Translations under genes and position numbers: made by a program
The notes under the pieces: generated by a model
Databases searched by the model: none
What the model was told of the DNA's origin: nothing
The model's input: the letters and a program-made list of their open reading frames with translations, nothing else
Shown here: positions 1 to 8,902 of the stretch, one piece after another
How positions within the stretch are numbered: the first letter of the stretch is position 1
Layout of the letters: each line of letters opens with the position of its first letter
NCBI GenBank assembly: GCA_016432365.1
Contig: CP066686.1
Coordinates: 64,355-128,354, forward strand
From: Candidatus Woesebacteria bacterium
GTDB taxonomy: Bacteria > Patescibacteriota > Microgenomatia > UBA8517
DNA length: 64,000 nt
Direction: 5' to 3'

Positions 1-145
1 GACCTAAAAATTCCGGTAAAAAAACAGTTGTATAAACTGGGGTGTTAGGCCAAATTTCTAAAAGAGTCTCTACAAATCGTTCTGCCCCGCCATATTCTTT
101 TATATAGTCATGTACTATTGCTATCTTTAATTTATTATTCATTGT

Positions 146-1087
146 CTAAAATAACGACCCCTGTTTATCTTCCTCTATCTTTTTTCCAACATCCAATACT
201 CTTTTCGTCAGTGTCTTGAAACCAAACTCTTCCCCAAACAACTTTATTACTTTTTGTCCTGATATATTCCATTTACCCATTTCCTCAAAATCCAAATCAA
301 TCGGAACATTCCTGTCTATGGTCGCCAGAAAATATGATTGATCAGCTGATTTTTTTCCATTTTCAAGTTTCTCTTTTACCCCTCCAGATATTTCGTCCAT
401 GTGTTCGTAGATCCCCTTGACTGTCTTATATTTGGATAGAAGTGTCTCTGCTGTTTTAGGTCCAATTCCGGGAACTCCGAAATAGTTGTCGGAGGCGTCC
501 CCCGTCAACGCCTTGAGATCGACAATCTGTATCGGAGGAACTCCCATCCTTTCTACAGTATCTGACTCACCATACAACTTCGCATTCAATATTCCGGCAA
601 CGGGCATGTATAACTTGATATTTAGTTTATCGTCAACCAATTGTAGTTGGTCTCGGTCTCCGGTCACTATTACAACTTCGTCAATCAGAGCAGGAGAGCT
701 GGAGAGTGTAAGAGTAGAAGTATTGGTTGCCTTCGAGACAATTGTCCCAATCACATCATCCGCTTCATATCCCGCTTTTGAGTAAACAGGAATATTGGCC
801 GCAGCTAAAAATTTACTAGCTTTTTCAAATTGTGAAGCCAACTCGTTTGCCATCGGAGGACGCTGAGCTTGATAGGTAGGTAGCTCTTTTTGCCTAAAAG
901 TTGGCTCTTTTCTATCAAAAGCCACGGCAATATGACTCGGTTTAATTTCTCCGATTACCTTAAGAAGCATTGAGATGAGACCGTAAACCGCGTTTATCGG
1001 TTCGCCATTGGGGGTGGTTAAGGAGGGAATTGCATGAAACGCCCGATGCATAATTGCATTTCCATCAATAATCACGAGTTTATTCAT
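146..1087 (-). CDS. Stand-alone 5'-3' exonuclease (PolA N-terminal/flap endonuclease domain)
   Basis: Motifs LVIIDG, RAFHA, VAFD, EADDVIGT, TGDRD, GDASDN, GIGPKTA; no polymerase domain. Start moved to MNKL (1087), 6 nt after a TACAAT -10 box. Confidence 0.92.
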   Translation of the reverse strand: MNKLVIIDGNAIMHRAFHAIPSLTTPNGEPINAVYGLISMLLKVIGEIKPSHIAVAFDRKEPTFRQKELPTYQAQRPPMANELASQFEKASKFLAAANIPVYSKAGYEADDVIGTIVSKATNTSTLTLSSSPALIDEVVIVTGDRDQLQLVDDKLNIKLYMPVAGILNAKLYGESDTVERMGVPPIQIVDLKALTGDASDNYFGVPGIGPKTAETLLSKYKTVKGIYEHMDEISGGVKEKLENGKKSADQSYFLATIDRNVPIDLDFEEMGKWNISGQKVIKLFGEEFGFKTLTKRVLDVGKKIEEDKQGSLF

Positions 1088-1171
1088 GGATATATTGTAT
1101 CCCAAATGAAGTTCTAAGTCTTACTTGACGCATTCAACAGATACTAGTTGCTAGTTACTAGTATCTAGTTT

Positions 1172-3034
1172 TTATTTCTGTCCGACTATCTTTTCAAATT
1201 CGTCTCTATCAAGAGTTTCTTTAACCAGCAAGGCTTCAGAAACTTTATCCAATATCTTCCTTTTTTCCTTCACCATCTTTACGGCAACTTTGTAACAAGA
1301 ATCAAGAATCTTTTTAACTTCGTTGTCTATTTTTTCCAAGAAGGCAGGCGAGTTTTTAGCAGATTCATACCATTCCATCTGGCCAAAATCCCCCATTCCT
1401 GTATCATCTCCAAAATTCATAGGCCCAAGTTCGCTCATTCCAAATTCAATCACCATTGCCCGGGCAACTTTGGTAGCTTGGGCTATATCATTGCTGGCGC
1501 CACTTGTCATCTCATTAAAAACAAGTTCTTCCGCGGCACGGCCGCCAAGCATTGCTGTAATCTGATTTAGAAGTCTCGATTTTGTTTCATGAGTTCTATC
1601 AGCGGCAGGGGGAATCAACGTATGCCCAAGACTCATCCCGCGCGCAACAATGGAGATTCTGTGGACGGGGTCCATTCCCTTTAGAAAGTTTGTAACGATT
1701 CCATGTCCCGCTTCGTGATAAGCGGTGATTTTCTTATCCTCGTCACTTTGAAGCCTTTTTTTGGCTGGCCCAAGTTTAACTTTTGTTGCACTCTCTTCGA
1801 TCTCCTCCATTGAGATCTCATCTTTGCCGTTTCGGGCTGCCCCAATCGCGGCTTCGTTAAGCATATTTTCCAAATCAGCTCCTGAAAATCCAACGGTGCG
1901 ATCGGCAACCCTACTCCAATCAACCTTTTTGGCAAACTTTTTTCCTTTGGCGTGGATCAAAAGAATTGCAAGCCGTCCCTCTTTGTCGGGCATGTCGAGT
2001 ACCACTCGTCTGTCGAACCTCCCCGGTCTTAAAAGTGCCGGGTCAAGCAAATCTCCACGGTTTGTGGCCGCCAAAACGACGACGTTATCGTTTGGAGTAA
2101 ACCCGTCCATCTCAACAAGAATTTGATTTAGCGTTTGTTCACGTTCATCGTGCCCGCCCATCATTCCACGGCCGCGAGACCTCCCGATTGCGTCAATTTC
2201 GTCTATAAAAATTATTGAAGGAGCGCTTGCCTTTGCCTGGCCAAAAAGATCACGAACACGGGAAGCTCCAACGCCAACCAACATCTCCATAAATTCCGAT
2301 CCGGCCATGCTAAAGAATGGTACCCCTGCTTCCCCTGCCACAGCTTTTGCCAAAAGTGTTTTACCAACTCCCGCAGGTCCAAAAAGAAGAGCACCCTTAG
2401 GAGTTCTTGCCCCCATCTTTCTGTATTTGGCAGGATATTTAAGAAAATCAACCAACTCTTCAAGCTCTTTTTTGGCTTCGTCCACACCGGCAACGTCTTT
2501 AAAAGTCGTATCTTGCTTGCCCTTGGCAAAAATCTTAGCACGGGATCTTCCAAAGGAAAAAATATCCTGCGCCCCCTTGCTTTGGGCTCTCATAATATAA
2601 TAAAAGAAAGCAGCCATAAGAATTATCGGTAGCACAATTCCTGCGATATCTGCCAGAGTTTTAGTCAGGGATTGATCTATAACAGCAAAATTTACACTTG
2701 TGGGATCTATCTCCGACTCTTTAAGAAGCTGACTAAACCCTTCCGAATCTTCTTTGGTGGACATCCTGACTGCTCCGTCTTTATAGGTAACAATCATTTT
2801 GTTTGCCTGAATCTGAACCTTATCTACTTTATTCGACTTAATATCATTTAGAAGTTGAGAGATCTCCACATTATTATTACTCCCGGCCATTTGAACTCCG
2901 GTTACGATAAGAGGGATTACAAAAAATATAACCAGAAGACCTAAAGCAACCGTCCAAAGATTGATTTTCAACTTGAATTGGACTTGCTTCTTTCCACTTG
3001 GGTTTTTGGTTTTGAGTAATTGTTTCGGATCCAT
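1172..3034 (-). CDS. ftsH: ATP-dependent zinc metalloprotease FtsH
   Basis: Two N-terminal TM segments, Walker A GPAGVGKT, Walker [27 protein letters not shown] zinc motif. Confidence 0.98.
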   Translation of the reverse strand: MDPKQLLKTKNPSGKKQVQFKLKINLWTVALGLLVIFFVIPLIVTGVQMAGSNNNVEISQLLNDIKSNKVDKVQIQANKMIVTYKDGAVRMSTKEDSEGFSQLLKESEIDPTSVNFAVIDQSLTKTLADIAGIVLPIILMAAFFYYIMRAQSKGAQDIFSFGRSRAKIFAKGKQDTTFKDVAGVDEAKKELEELVDFLKYPAKYRKMGARTPKGALLFGPAGVGKTLLAKAVAGEAGVPFFSMAGSEFMEMLVGVGASRVRDLFGQAKASAPSIIFIDEIDAIGRSRGRGMMGGHDEREQTLNQILVEMDGFTPNDNVVVLAATNRGDLLDPALLRPGRFDRRVVLDMPDKEGRLAILLIHAKGKKFAKKVDWSRVADRTVGFSGADLENMLNEAAIGAARNGKDEISMEEIEESATKVKLGPAKKRLQSDEDKKITAYHEAGHGIVTNFLKGMDPVHRISIVARGMSLGHTLIPPAADRTHETKSRLLNQITAMLGGRAAEELVFNEMTSGASNDIAQATKVARAMVIEFGMSELGPMNFGDDTGMGDFGQMEWYESAKNSPAFLEKIDNEVKKILDSCYKVAVKMVKEKRKILDKVSEALLVKETLDRDEFEKIVGQK

Positions 3035-3055
3035 TCGAACGTCAATTATATCCTA

Positions 3056-3448
3056 TTATCTTACTTTTGTCCCATCTGGAACTTTTTCCTGAAGATTAAA
3101 TAAAACCGTTGGGGTTTCTTCCTGAACTTTTTTATCTTCCGATGCATCCCCAGGGCAAGCCATAATCATCATCGCCTCGGAGAGTTCTTTATCGGGACCG
3201 ATTGGCCTGGGTTTTAAGTTAACTACAAATGGAAATTGTTTGCCGACAAGATCTTCGGGTTTGAAGAACTTCATGATACCGGAAAAGCAAATCCTAGTGG
3301 ATTTGCCGTCCGTAGCTTCAGCGAAGGAGGGCCCAAAATCTACTTCCAACCTAATCACCCAATGACTCCATTCGGGGACTTCGGCTTTGACAACGGTTCC
3401 AATCCTTATATCCACTGCTTCAAACTGGTCAAAGGTTATTTCGTCCAT
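3056..3448 (-). CDS. tRNA-binding OB-fold protein (Trbp111/CsaA/MetG C-terminal-like)
   Basis: ITFDQF..VDIRIGTV, VDFG, FVVNLKPR, SEAM, VPDGTKVR pattern. Confidence 0.85.
   Translation of the reverse strand: MDEITFDQFEAVDIRIGTVVKAEVPEWSHWVIRLEVDFGPSFAEATDGKSTRICFSGIMKFFKPEDLVGKQFPFVVNLKPRPIGPDKELSEAMMIMACPGDASEDKKVQEETPTVLFNLQEKVPDGTKVR
3303..3332 (-). repeat. In-frame 30-bp palindromic element, copy 1
   Basis: CCCTCCTTCGCTGAAGCTACGGACGGCAA encoding PSFAEATDGK. Confidence 0.7.
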
Positions 3449-3451
3449 ATT

Positions 3452-4957
3452 TTAATTTAATTTGTTTTTAATCCCAATTAGTTTATACGCTTCTTCGAGG
3501 GTTGTGTTTGCTATTGTACTCGCCTTTTTGGATCCTTCCAAAAGAATGTTTTTTACAAGTTGCAAGTCGCCTTCGAATTCTTTTCTTCGTGCTCTGGCTT
3601 CTGCAAAATATAATTTATGAGCCTCAACCAATTTCTCTTTAACTTCCACATCTCCAATCTCACCTGCTTTATATTTTGTTTTCATCTCTTCAACCATATC
3701 TTTATTTTGGTTAATTATATCGTGGTACATAAAAACGGTGTTTCCCTCGATCTTCCCGGGATCGGTCGCTCTTTTTCTGTTCGGGTCAGTATACGCGCTC
3801 ATTATTTGTTTTTTTATCACTTCATAGTCATCAAATATTCCAATCACATTTCCCAAACTTTTGCTCATTTTTCGTGTCCCGTCTGTACCAACTATTTTTC
3901 CTGTTTCTTTAGAAATCAGTGGTTCCGGCAAAGGAAATAAGTCATTAGAATATGTCTTATTAAAATTTCCAGCAATATCGCGGGTTAATTCTATATGCTG
4001 TCTTTGATCCTCCCCAACCGGAACTCCATATGGTTTATACAAAAGAATGTCGGCGGCCATCAAAATGGGATAATTAAAAAGGCCCATGTTTATAGATTCA
4101 ACTTCTGCGCCAAATTGAAGTTTGTCTTTAAATGCATGCATTCTCTGCATTTGGCCGAATGAAATATAATTTGCCAAAACCACAGCCAGTTGAGAGTGTG
4201 CAGGAACTTGTGATTGGCGGAAGAAAACACATTTTTCCGGATCAAGTCCCAATGCCAAATAATCCAAGACGACATTCGTAATATTGTCTTCTAGTTTTTC
4301 TCGATCCTTTACAGTTGTTAGAGCATGCAAATCAGCTACAAAATAATAAACTTCCAAATTTCTATTCTGTAACTCGATTTGGGGTTTAACTGCCCCAAAA
4401 TAATTACCAATATGTAAGGCATTACCACTTGGGGTAATACCAGATAAAATTCTTTTATTGTCAGATCTTTCCAAACTATCCAAAGCATCCCCCGCTGTGA
4501 TATCAACGACTACTGAATTGGGAATCTTAGTTAAGTCTGAAGATTTATATTTTGTTGTAACTAATAAACTTCCTGAACCACCATATACATATTCGTTTTC
4601 GAGTACTTGACGATCAATGAAGGTTTTAAATCCGGTCAGGTAATGCGCCGCGCCGGGCTCAAGGCCGGTTAATCGGGAAAACTCCTCTTTGCTGGCAATG
4701 TTTAATTTTTTAACACTCAATAATTTCTTTGTTTTTTCTAAATCTAACCTAGTATCTCCCCTACGAATTAGCGCAACGTAGTCGTCGTCTGCTTTCATTA
4801 AAAGTGTTGCAGAGCTAAGTTTTAGTGGCAACCCTAGGAAATTCATAACATCAGAAACCTCAACAAAAGCCGGGTGTTCAATAAATTCATGAAGGATATT
4901 TAGCTGATCCAACTGTTTACCATATTCTTCGACTGTTTGTTCAACTTTGTTTTTCAT
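3452..4957 (-). CDS. trpS: Tryptophanyl-tRNA synthetase with N-terminal YbaK/ProX-like domain
   Basis: C-terminal about 335 aa carry SGITPSG, HIGN, YPILMAADIL, VPVGEDQ, KMSKS; the first about 155 aa resemble YbaK/INS (TLLMK, TGLEPG, YGGSG). Confidence 0.92.
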   Translation of the reverse strand: MKNKVEQTVEEYGKQLDQLNILHEFIEHPAFVEVSDVMNFLGLPLKLSSATLLMKADDDYVALIRRGDTRLDLEKTKKLLSVKKLNIASKEEFSRLTGLEPGAAHYLTGFKTFIDRQVLENEYVYGGSGSLLVTTKYKSSDLTKIPNSVVVDITAGDALDSLERSDNKRILSGITPSGNALHIGNYFGAVKPQIELQNRNLEVYYFVADLHALTTVKDREKLEDNITNVVLDYLALGLDPEKCVFFRQSQVPAHSQLAVVLANYISFGQMQRMHAFKDKLQFGAEVESINMGLFNYPILMAADILLYKPYGVPVGEDQRQHIELTRDIAGNFNKTYSNDLFPLPEPLISKETGKIVGTDGTRKMSKSLGNVIGIFDDYEVIKKQIMSAYTDPNRKRATDPGKIEGNTVFMYHDIINQNKDMVEEMKTKYKAGEIGDVEVKEKLVEAHKLYFAEARARRKEFEGDLQLVKNILLEGSKKASTIANTTLEEAYKLIGIKNKLN

Positions 4958-4965
4958 TTTTTTAA

Positions 4966-6063
4966 TTATACCTGTTTTTTAATGTGTTGTTTGCCTTTCA
5001 AAAAATAAAACGGCGCATCTTCAATATCTCCCTCTAAATAAACGGCTGTATAAACTTCAGGGTGTGTGATTATTTCTCCAAAATACACGATATCTACTTT
5101 ATCTGACCCCAAAACGGGAACTCCGTGGTGTGGAAAAATCCTAGTCCTCTTATGAATGGGGTGAAACGAATAGGTATCATTTCTGGCAATGGTTGATACA
5201 TAAATATAATTCGGAAAAACAGACTTTATAATCTGATTATCTTTTTTCATTTTTGCAATTGCTAAATATTTCACCGCCAACTCAACTGAAGCCGATTTAA
5301 TATACTCAGCAAATTCCTTTTGGAAAACTGTAAGTTCCCGATTATTGAATCCAAATACCGTGAGCAAATCTTCATAATAAACGTCTTGGTTGATAGGAAG
5401 GCTTCTAGACATAACAGGTACCAATTTATTTATCTCTTCTGAAATTCGCGGGTTTGTCAAACTGGCAAACAAATACTCTTCTTCGTGTTTACAACCCATC
5501 TTAAATTCACTTTTATTATTTAATATATCTAAAAAATCAATGAATCTTATCGTCCCATTACCCCCAGTTTTTCCCAGAAAAGTTTGAATTCCAGCCTTAT
5601 ATTTATCAATCTCATAATCTGTCGATCCAAATAAATCTTTATATGTTTCACTTTCAGACAAAACTGTAAAATTTACACCCGGGGAATAAATTTGACGAAC
5701 AGTTTCGTTTATATCCAATAACCTTTGTAAAAAAGCAAGTTCCCCAAGATCCGGAGTTTTTCTTAATGTCTCTATCGGGTTATGACATTTAAATGGAAAT
5801 CCCTGAAAAACAAAATTTATCGGCTCGTTTTTCAAAACAAACTCTTTGATTTTTTGCTTACTCTCATTCTGAACCGTTGAGGCAACCAGGCCATCCCCCC
5901 TTCTAATGGTCGAGTCCATTAGTAAATCAAAAATCATATCTGACTTATCACCACCATCATTTTTGGATGGCACTAGAGTTCTCGGCTCCCTTAACAAGCC
6001 GTTTATATCCAAAATCTTCAAAGTATTTATGTTATTAGCTTTTAATAATTCGTTATATTCCAT
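4966..6063 (-). CDS. L-Tyr/L-Trp isonitrile synthase family protein (PvcA/Dit1-like)
   Basis: PINFVFQGFPFKCHN...PDLGE.AFL..L, IYSPG.....SE and C-terminal PHHGVPV match the PvcA/Dit1 pattern. Confidence 0.75.
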   Translation of the reverse strand: MEYNELLKANNINTLKILDINGLLREPRTLVPSKNDGGDKSDMIFDLLMDSTIRRGDGLVASTVQNESKQKIKEFVLKNEPINFVFQGFPFKCHNPIETLRKTPDLGELAFLQRLLDINETVRQIYSPGVNFTVLSESETYKDLFGSTDYEIDKYKAGIQTFLGKTGGNGTIRFIDFLDILNNKSEFKMGCKHEEEYLFASLTNPRISEEINKLVPVMSRSLPINQDVYYEDLLTVFGFNNRELTVFQKEFAEYIKSASVELAVKYLAIAKMKKDNQIIKSVFPNYIYVSTIARNDTYSFHPIHKRTRIFPHHGVPVLGSDKVDIVYFGEIITHPEVYTAVYLEGDIEDAPFYFLKGKQHIKKQV

Positions 6064-6139
6064 GCCAAACTATCCCCTGGACGCGCCGCATCTCAGAGGC
6101 TCCTTTCTGTAAACTGTTTTCAAATTCTTTACTCATAGG

Positions 6140-6212
6140 CAGGCGAGGCTGGAATCGAACCAGCGATTTCGCGTTTTGGAGACGCGTGTTCTACCAACTG
6201 AACTACTCGCCT
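6140..6212 (-). tRNA. tRNA-Trp (CCA)
   Basis: Cloverleaf: acceptor AGGCGAG/CTCGCCT, anticodon arm CGCGT-CTCCAAA-ACGCG, T-loop TTCGATT, discriminator G; CCA end not encoded. Confidence 0.97.
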
Positions 6213-6223
6213 ATTTTCCCAAC

Positions 6224-6476
6224 AAAAAGGCCCTTGCAAACCAACGAAATAAATCGTTAATTCACAAGGGCCCATTTCTGGGGGTGCCACCCTATTGTTA
6301 TCCTCCTAAACAAAAAGTCCCCGGTCGAAACCGAGGAAAATCAAAATAAGAGGATCTTATTTCTGACATTCTCCGCTTGTGCGACAAATGTTGCGGTTCT
6401 TTTTACAGTTTCGCCTCTGTAGGTTATTTAGTCCTCTGCTAGTTTCAGCGGTTCCATCCCTCCGCCTCAAAGCATT
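6224..6476 (-). promoter_or_regulatory. T-box riboswitch, Trp-specific, with short stem I and intrinsic terminator
   Basis: Minus strand AAT-AGGG-TGGCACC-CCC-AGAAAT-GGG-CCCT antiterminator overlaps terminator GGCCCTTG...CAAGGGCC-TTTTT; short stem I with GA motifs and a TGG specifier at 6454-6456. Confidence 0.85.
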
Positions 6477-6491
6477 TGTTAAACTGTCTAT

Positions 6492-6521
6492 ATACTATCA
6501 GATATAACTCGAGTATGTCAA
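6492..6521 (-). promoter_or_regulatory. Sigma70-type promoter for the T-box leader
   Basis: TTGACA (6521-6516), 18 nt, TGn-TAGTAT (6497-6492). Confidence 0.6.
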
Positions 6522-6531
6522 GTTTTGAAAA

Positions 6532-6810
6532 TTATCCGGAAAACCTGACACTGGCCTTACATTCATCACATTTAACATATTTCTGAGACACCACGACACT
6601 ATTTATGCCCACACCCCAAGGATTTCTACTTCGAATATCAATAACTTGATCGGATTCAATCTTACTAAGTGGCAAGGATTTGCTGCAATTTTTTTCATGC
6701 ACAAAGTTTGCCACAACCTCTTCATACGAAGGGGGTAAATCCAACACGTTGGAAACAAATTTTTCCAAACGTGCACCCATATCTTTAAACCCTTTAAATC
6801 TTTCTTTCAT
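6532..6810 (-). CDS. Small hypothetical protein with possible Zn ligands (H..C, CDEC)
   Basis: 92-aa ORF starting right after the tRNA; no family recognised. Confidence 0.5.
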   Translation of the reverse strand: MKERFKGFKDMGARLEKFVSNVLDLPPSYEEVVANFVHEKNCSKSLPLSKIESDQVIDIRSRNPWGVGINSVVVSQKYVKCDECKASVRFSG

Positions 6811-6813
6811 TTT

Positions 6814-6890
6814 TGGTGTCAGGGGAGGGATTCGAACCCTCGACCTCAGCGTTATGATTGCCGTGCTCTAACCAACTGAGCTACCCTGAC
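6814..6890 (-). tRNA. tRNA with CAT anticodon (probably elongator Met; Ile2 not excluded)
   Basis: GTCAGGG/CCCTGAC acceptor, loop ATCATAA, TTCGAAT, encoded ACCA end. Confidence 0.9.
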
Positions 6891-7036
6891 TCGTCAGAGC
6901 TTGCTTCGCTTTTTGCATACCGTTTTGCAGTTCTTCCTCCCAAATTTGCAAAGCAAATTTGAAAAGAAGGGCCATCGATAAAAGCGAAGTTTCCGAGCAT
7001 CGGAAACGTAGCGTAAAGGTTTACGCTCCGAACTTG

Positions 7037-7106
7037 TTGCGGGGCTGGGAGTTGAACCCAGCCTGGAAGATTATGAGCCTTCCGTGCAGCCGTACACTAC
7101 CCCGCA
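7037..7106 (-). tRNA. tRNA-Met (CAT), initiator-like
   Basis: TGCGGGG/CCCCGCA acceptor resembling fMet tRNAs, GAAGG-CTCATAA-TCTTC anticodon arm, TTCAACT T-loop. Confidence 0.85.
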
Positions 7107-7225
7107 TGTTACGAACAAGGGTATTATACCTTAAAGAAGATGCTGTAGTCACGTTAATTTTTAATATGAAGATTTCTGTTCTAACTACTCTCAAACCTCT
7201 AATCTAAATTAGAAACTTGAGAGTG

Positions 7226-7276
7226 GTGCTGAGAGCTTGGCCTTTTTATAAAAATAAAGGTTTTGGCTCTCAGCAC
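7226..7276. terminator. Long hairpin, probable terminator of the 7306-8208 gene
   Basis: GTGCTGAGAGC...GCTCTCAGCAC inverted repeat with inner CCTTT/AAAGG stem. Confidence 0.55.
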
Positions 7277-7305
7277 ATTTTAGTTAATCGTCTTTGTTGT
7301 GTGAC

Positions 7306-8208
7306 CTAGCGCCAGTGTTTTTCATCAGGGTCGTGAGGCCGAATTACCGGAATCTCGGGTGCCGTCAAAGGCCGATCGGGGCGCCAATTCCAAGGCCGAT
7401 CCCACCAATTGGGAAAAGTCGGAACAGGTTCAGTCCAATCCCAATTGAAATTCCAGGTTTTGCGTAGTAAGGGCAAAAGATCCTCACGGAACTCGGTGCG
7501 CAGGAAAACCACGGGCTGTGAATCCATATTGTAACTCAAGCCTGTGCGAGCGTGGCTCATATGTTCTTCAGCGCCGGCGCCAATCGCAGCTCCACCCTTG
7601 GGTGTTGAGGAACCGCGTCTGCCAGAAGAAGAACCGTCGCGCAAATTGGCTTCAAATGTCAGAGGATCAAAACCTTTGACATAGGCGCCGCCCATACCAT
7701 CACCCTCATTCGTGGGTCGATCGTATTGGTGGCGGTTTCCTGCCACAGTGCGCTCGTAGATGCGGATTTGGCCGCGCCATTTTGTACTACCAAAAGCGTT
7801 CTCACCGATTGCCTCGCCATAACCCGACTTGGTAATGATTAGCGGTCGGCCGAGCTGGGCATTTGGATTCCCCAATTGATAAAAGAGCTGTTGGTCACCG
7901 GGAGCCAGTTCCCACATGTGGTCAACGTGACAAATATCAGGATCTGATTCACCATTATCCCACAAGTTCCGGGCCTCGAGAAAGGTCGGGTACGCACGCC
8001 AATTTGAGTTTCCATTCCAAATTCCGATACCAAGGCGCATACCCATTGTCACGGGAAGATAAATCTCATTACCCCATCTGAGCATGCGCAGAAGCACGCG
8101 GTTGCCCATGTCCTGAGCCCAAACAACAGTGTTCGAACCCGCCGGTCTGAAACTCTGGATCATTTCGAAGCTTTGCCGATTTCCGGTCGGCCAATTTTGA
8201 ATAGTCAT
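7306..8208 (-). CDS. Hypothetical protein (beta-rich N-terminal part, Gly-rich linker, Trp/Pro-rich tail)
   Basis: Long ORF; start MTIQ at 8208 is preceded by an AAAGGAGAAAAA SD. Confidence 0.8.
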   Translation of the reverse strand: MTIQNWPTGNRQSFEMIQSFRPAGSNTVVWAQDMGNRVLLRMLRWGNEIYLPVTMGMRLGIGIWNGNSNWRAYPTFLEARNLWDNGESDPDICHVDHMWELAPGDQQLFYQLGNPNAQLGRPLIITKSGYGEAIGENAFGSTKWRGQIRIYERTVAGNRHQYDRPTNEGDGMGGAYVKGFDPLTFEANLRDGSSSGRRGSSTPKGGAAIGAGAEEHMSHARTGLSYNMDSQPVVFLRTEFREDLLPLLRKTWNFNWDWTEPVPTFPNWWDRPWNWRPDRPLTAPEIPVIRPHDPDEKHWR

Positions 8209-8320
8209 TTTTTCTCCTTTTTGAATTGAACAAGCCGACAAAACACCACACTTAGATTTGTGGTTATCTAAGCACAAAAATCTCTGCCCAAACAGCCACA
8301 AATCTAACAGACGATTAAAC

Positions 8321-8365
8321 TTTTAAAGAACAAAAGCATTTTACCAGAAATAGGTTTCGTGTCAA
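8321..8365 (-). promoter_or_regulatory. Promoter plus boxA-like element
   Basis: TTGACA (8365-8360), 16 nt, TGG-TAAAAT (8343-8338), then TGTTCTTTAAAA (8332-8321). Confidence 0.6.
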
Positions 8366-8434
8366 CACTATGGGGCGAATAATTTCAGCCACCCCACACA
8401 TCTTACTCGCGGGGCGATTTGGCGGGGTTGGGTA

Positions 8435-8830
8435 TTATTTAGAAACAAATAGTTGTACCCATTTCTTCCAATTGGGGTCAGGCAGGGTTTCCAGGTCAAT
8501 TTCAATTTTGGGAGCAAGGCTCCTCAATACGTCCCCGTCGGGCAAAACGACTATCGTCTCCCCTGTTTTAACCAGTCCAAGCTTGTTTCTAATCTCTTTA
8601 TCAATAAACTCGGGCTTTTGCGCTTCCGCAACTTGGTTGGCCAGTACTTCATTGGCAGCTTTCATTTTTGCAATTTTTGCCTTTTCAGCTGCAATTTCCC
8701 CCCTAATTCTCTTAACTTTACCTATATTTTGAACCAACGAAAGGGTCAAAAGTACGACCAAAACCCAAATGGCGTACCCACCAAGCTTCTCAAACTTGAC
8801 TTTTAGCCTCTTGACAAAATCCTTTTTCAT
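8435..8830 (-). CDS. Septum formation initiator family protein (FtsB/DivIC)
   Basis: One TM helix, coiled coil, EFIDKEIRNKLGLVKTGE motif. Confidence 0.85.
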   Translation of the reverse strand: MKKDFVKRLKVKFEKLGGYAIWVLVVLLTLSLVQNIGKVKRIRGEIAAEKAKIAKMKAANEVLANQVAEAQKPEFIDKEIRNKLGLVKTGETIVVLPDGDVLRSLAPKIEIDLETLPDPNWKKWVQLFVSK

Positions 8831-8852
8831 AGGTAAATTACATCCTGTAATG

Positions 8853-8880
8853 TTGACATTCTCAAAATATGAGGTATAAT
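8853..8880 (+). promoter_or_regulatory. Consensus sigma70 promoter of the recombinase gene
   Basis: TTGACA (8853-8858), 16 nt, TATAAT (8875-8880). Confidence 0.7.
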
Positions 8881-8902
8881 TAACCTCTCAGATACATTAT
8901 AT

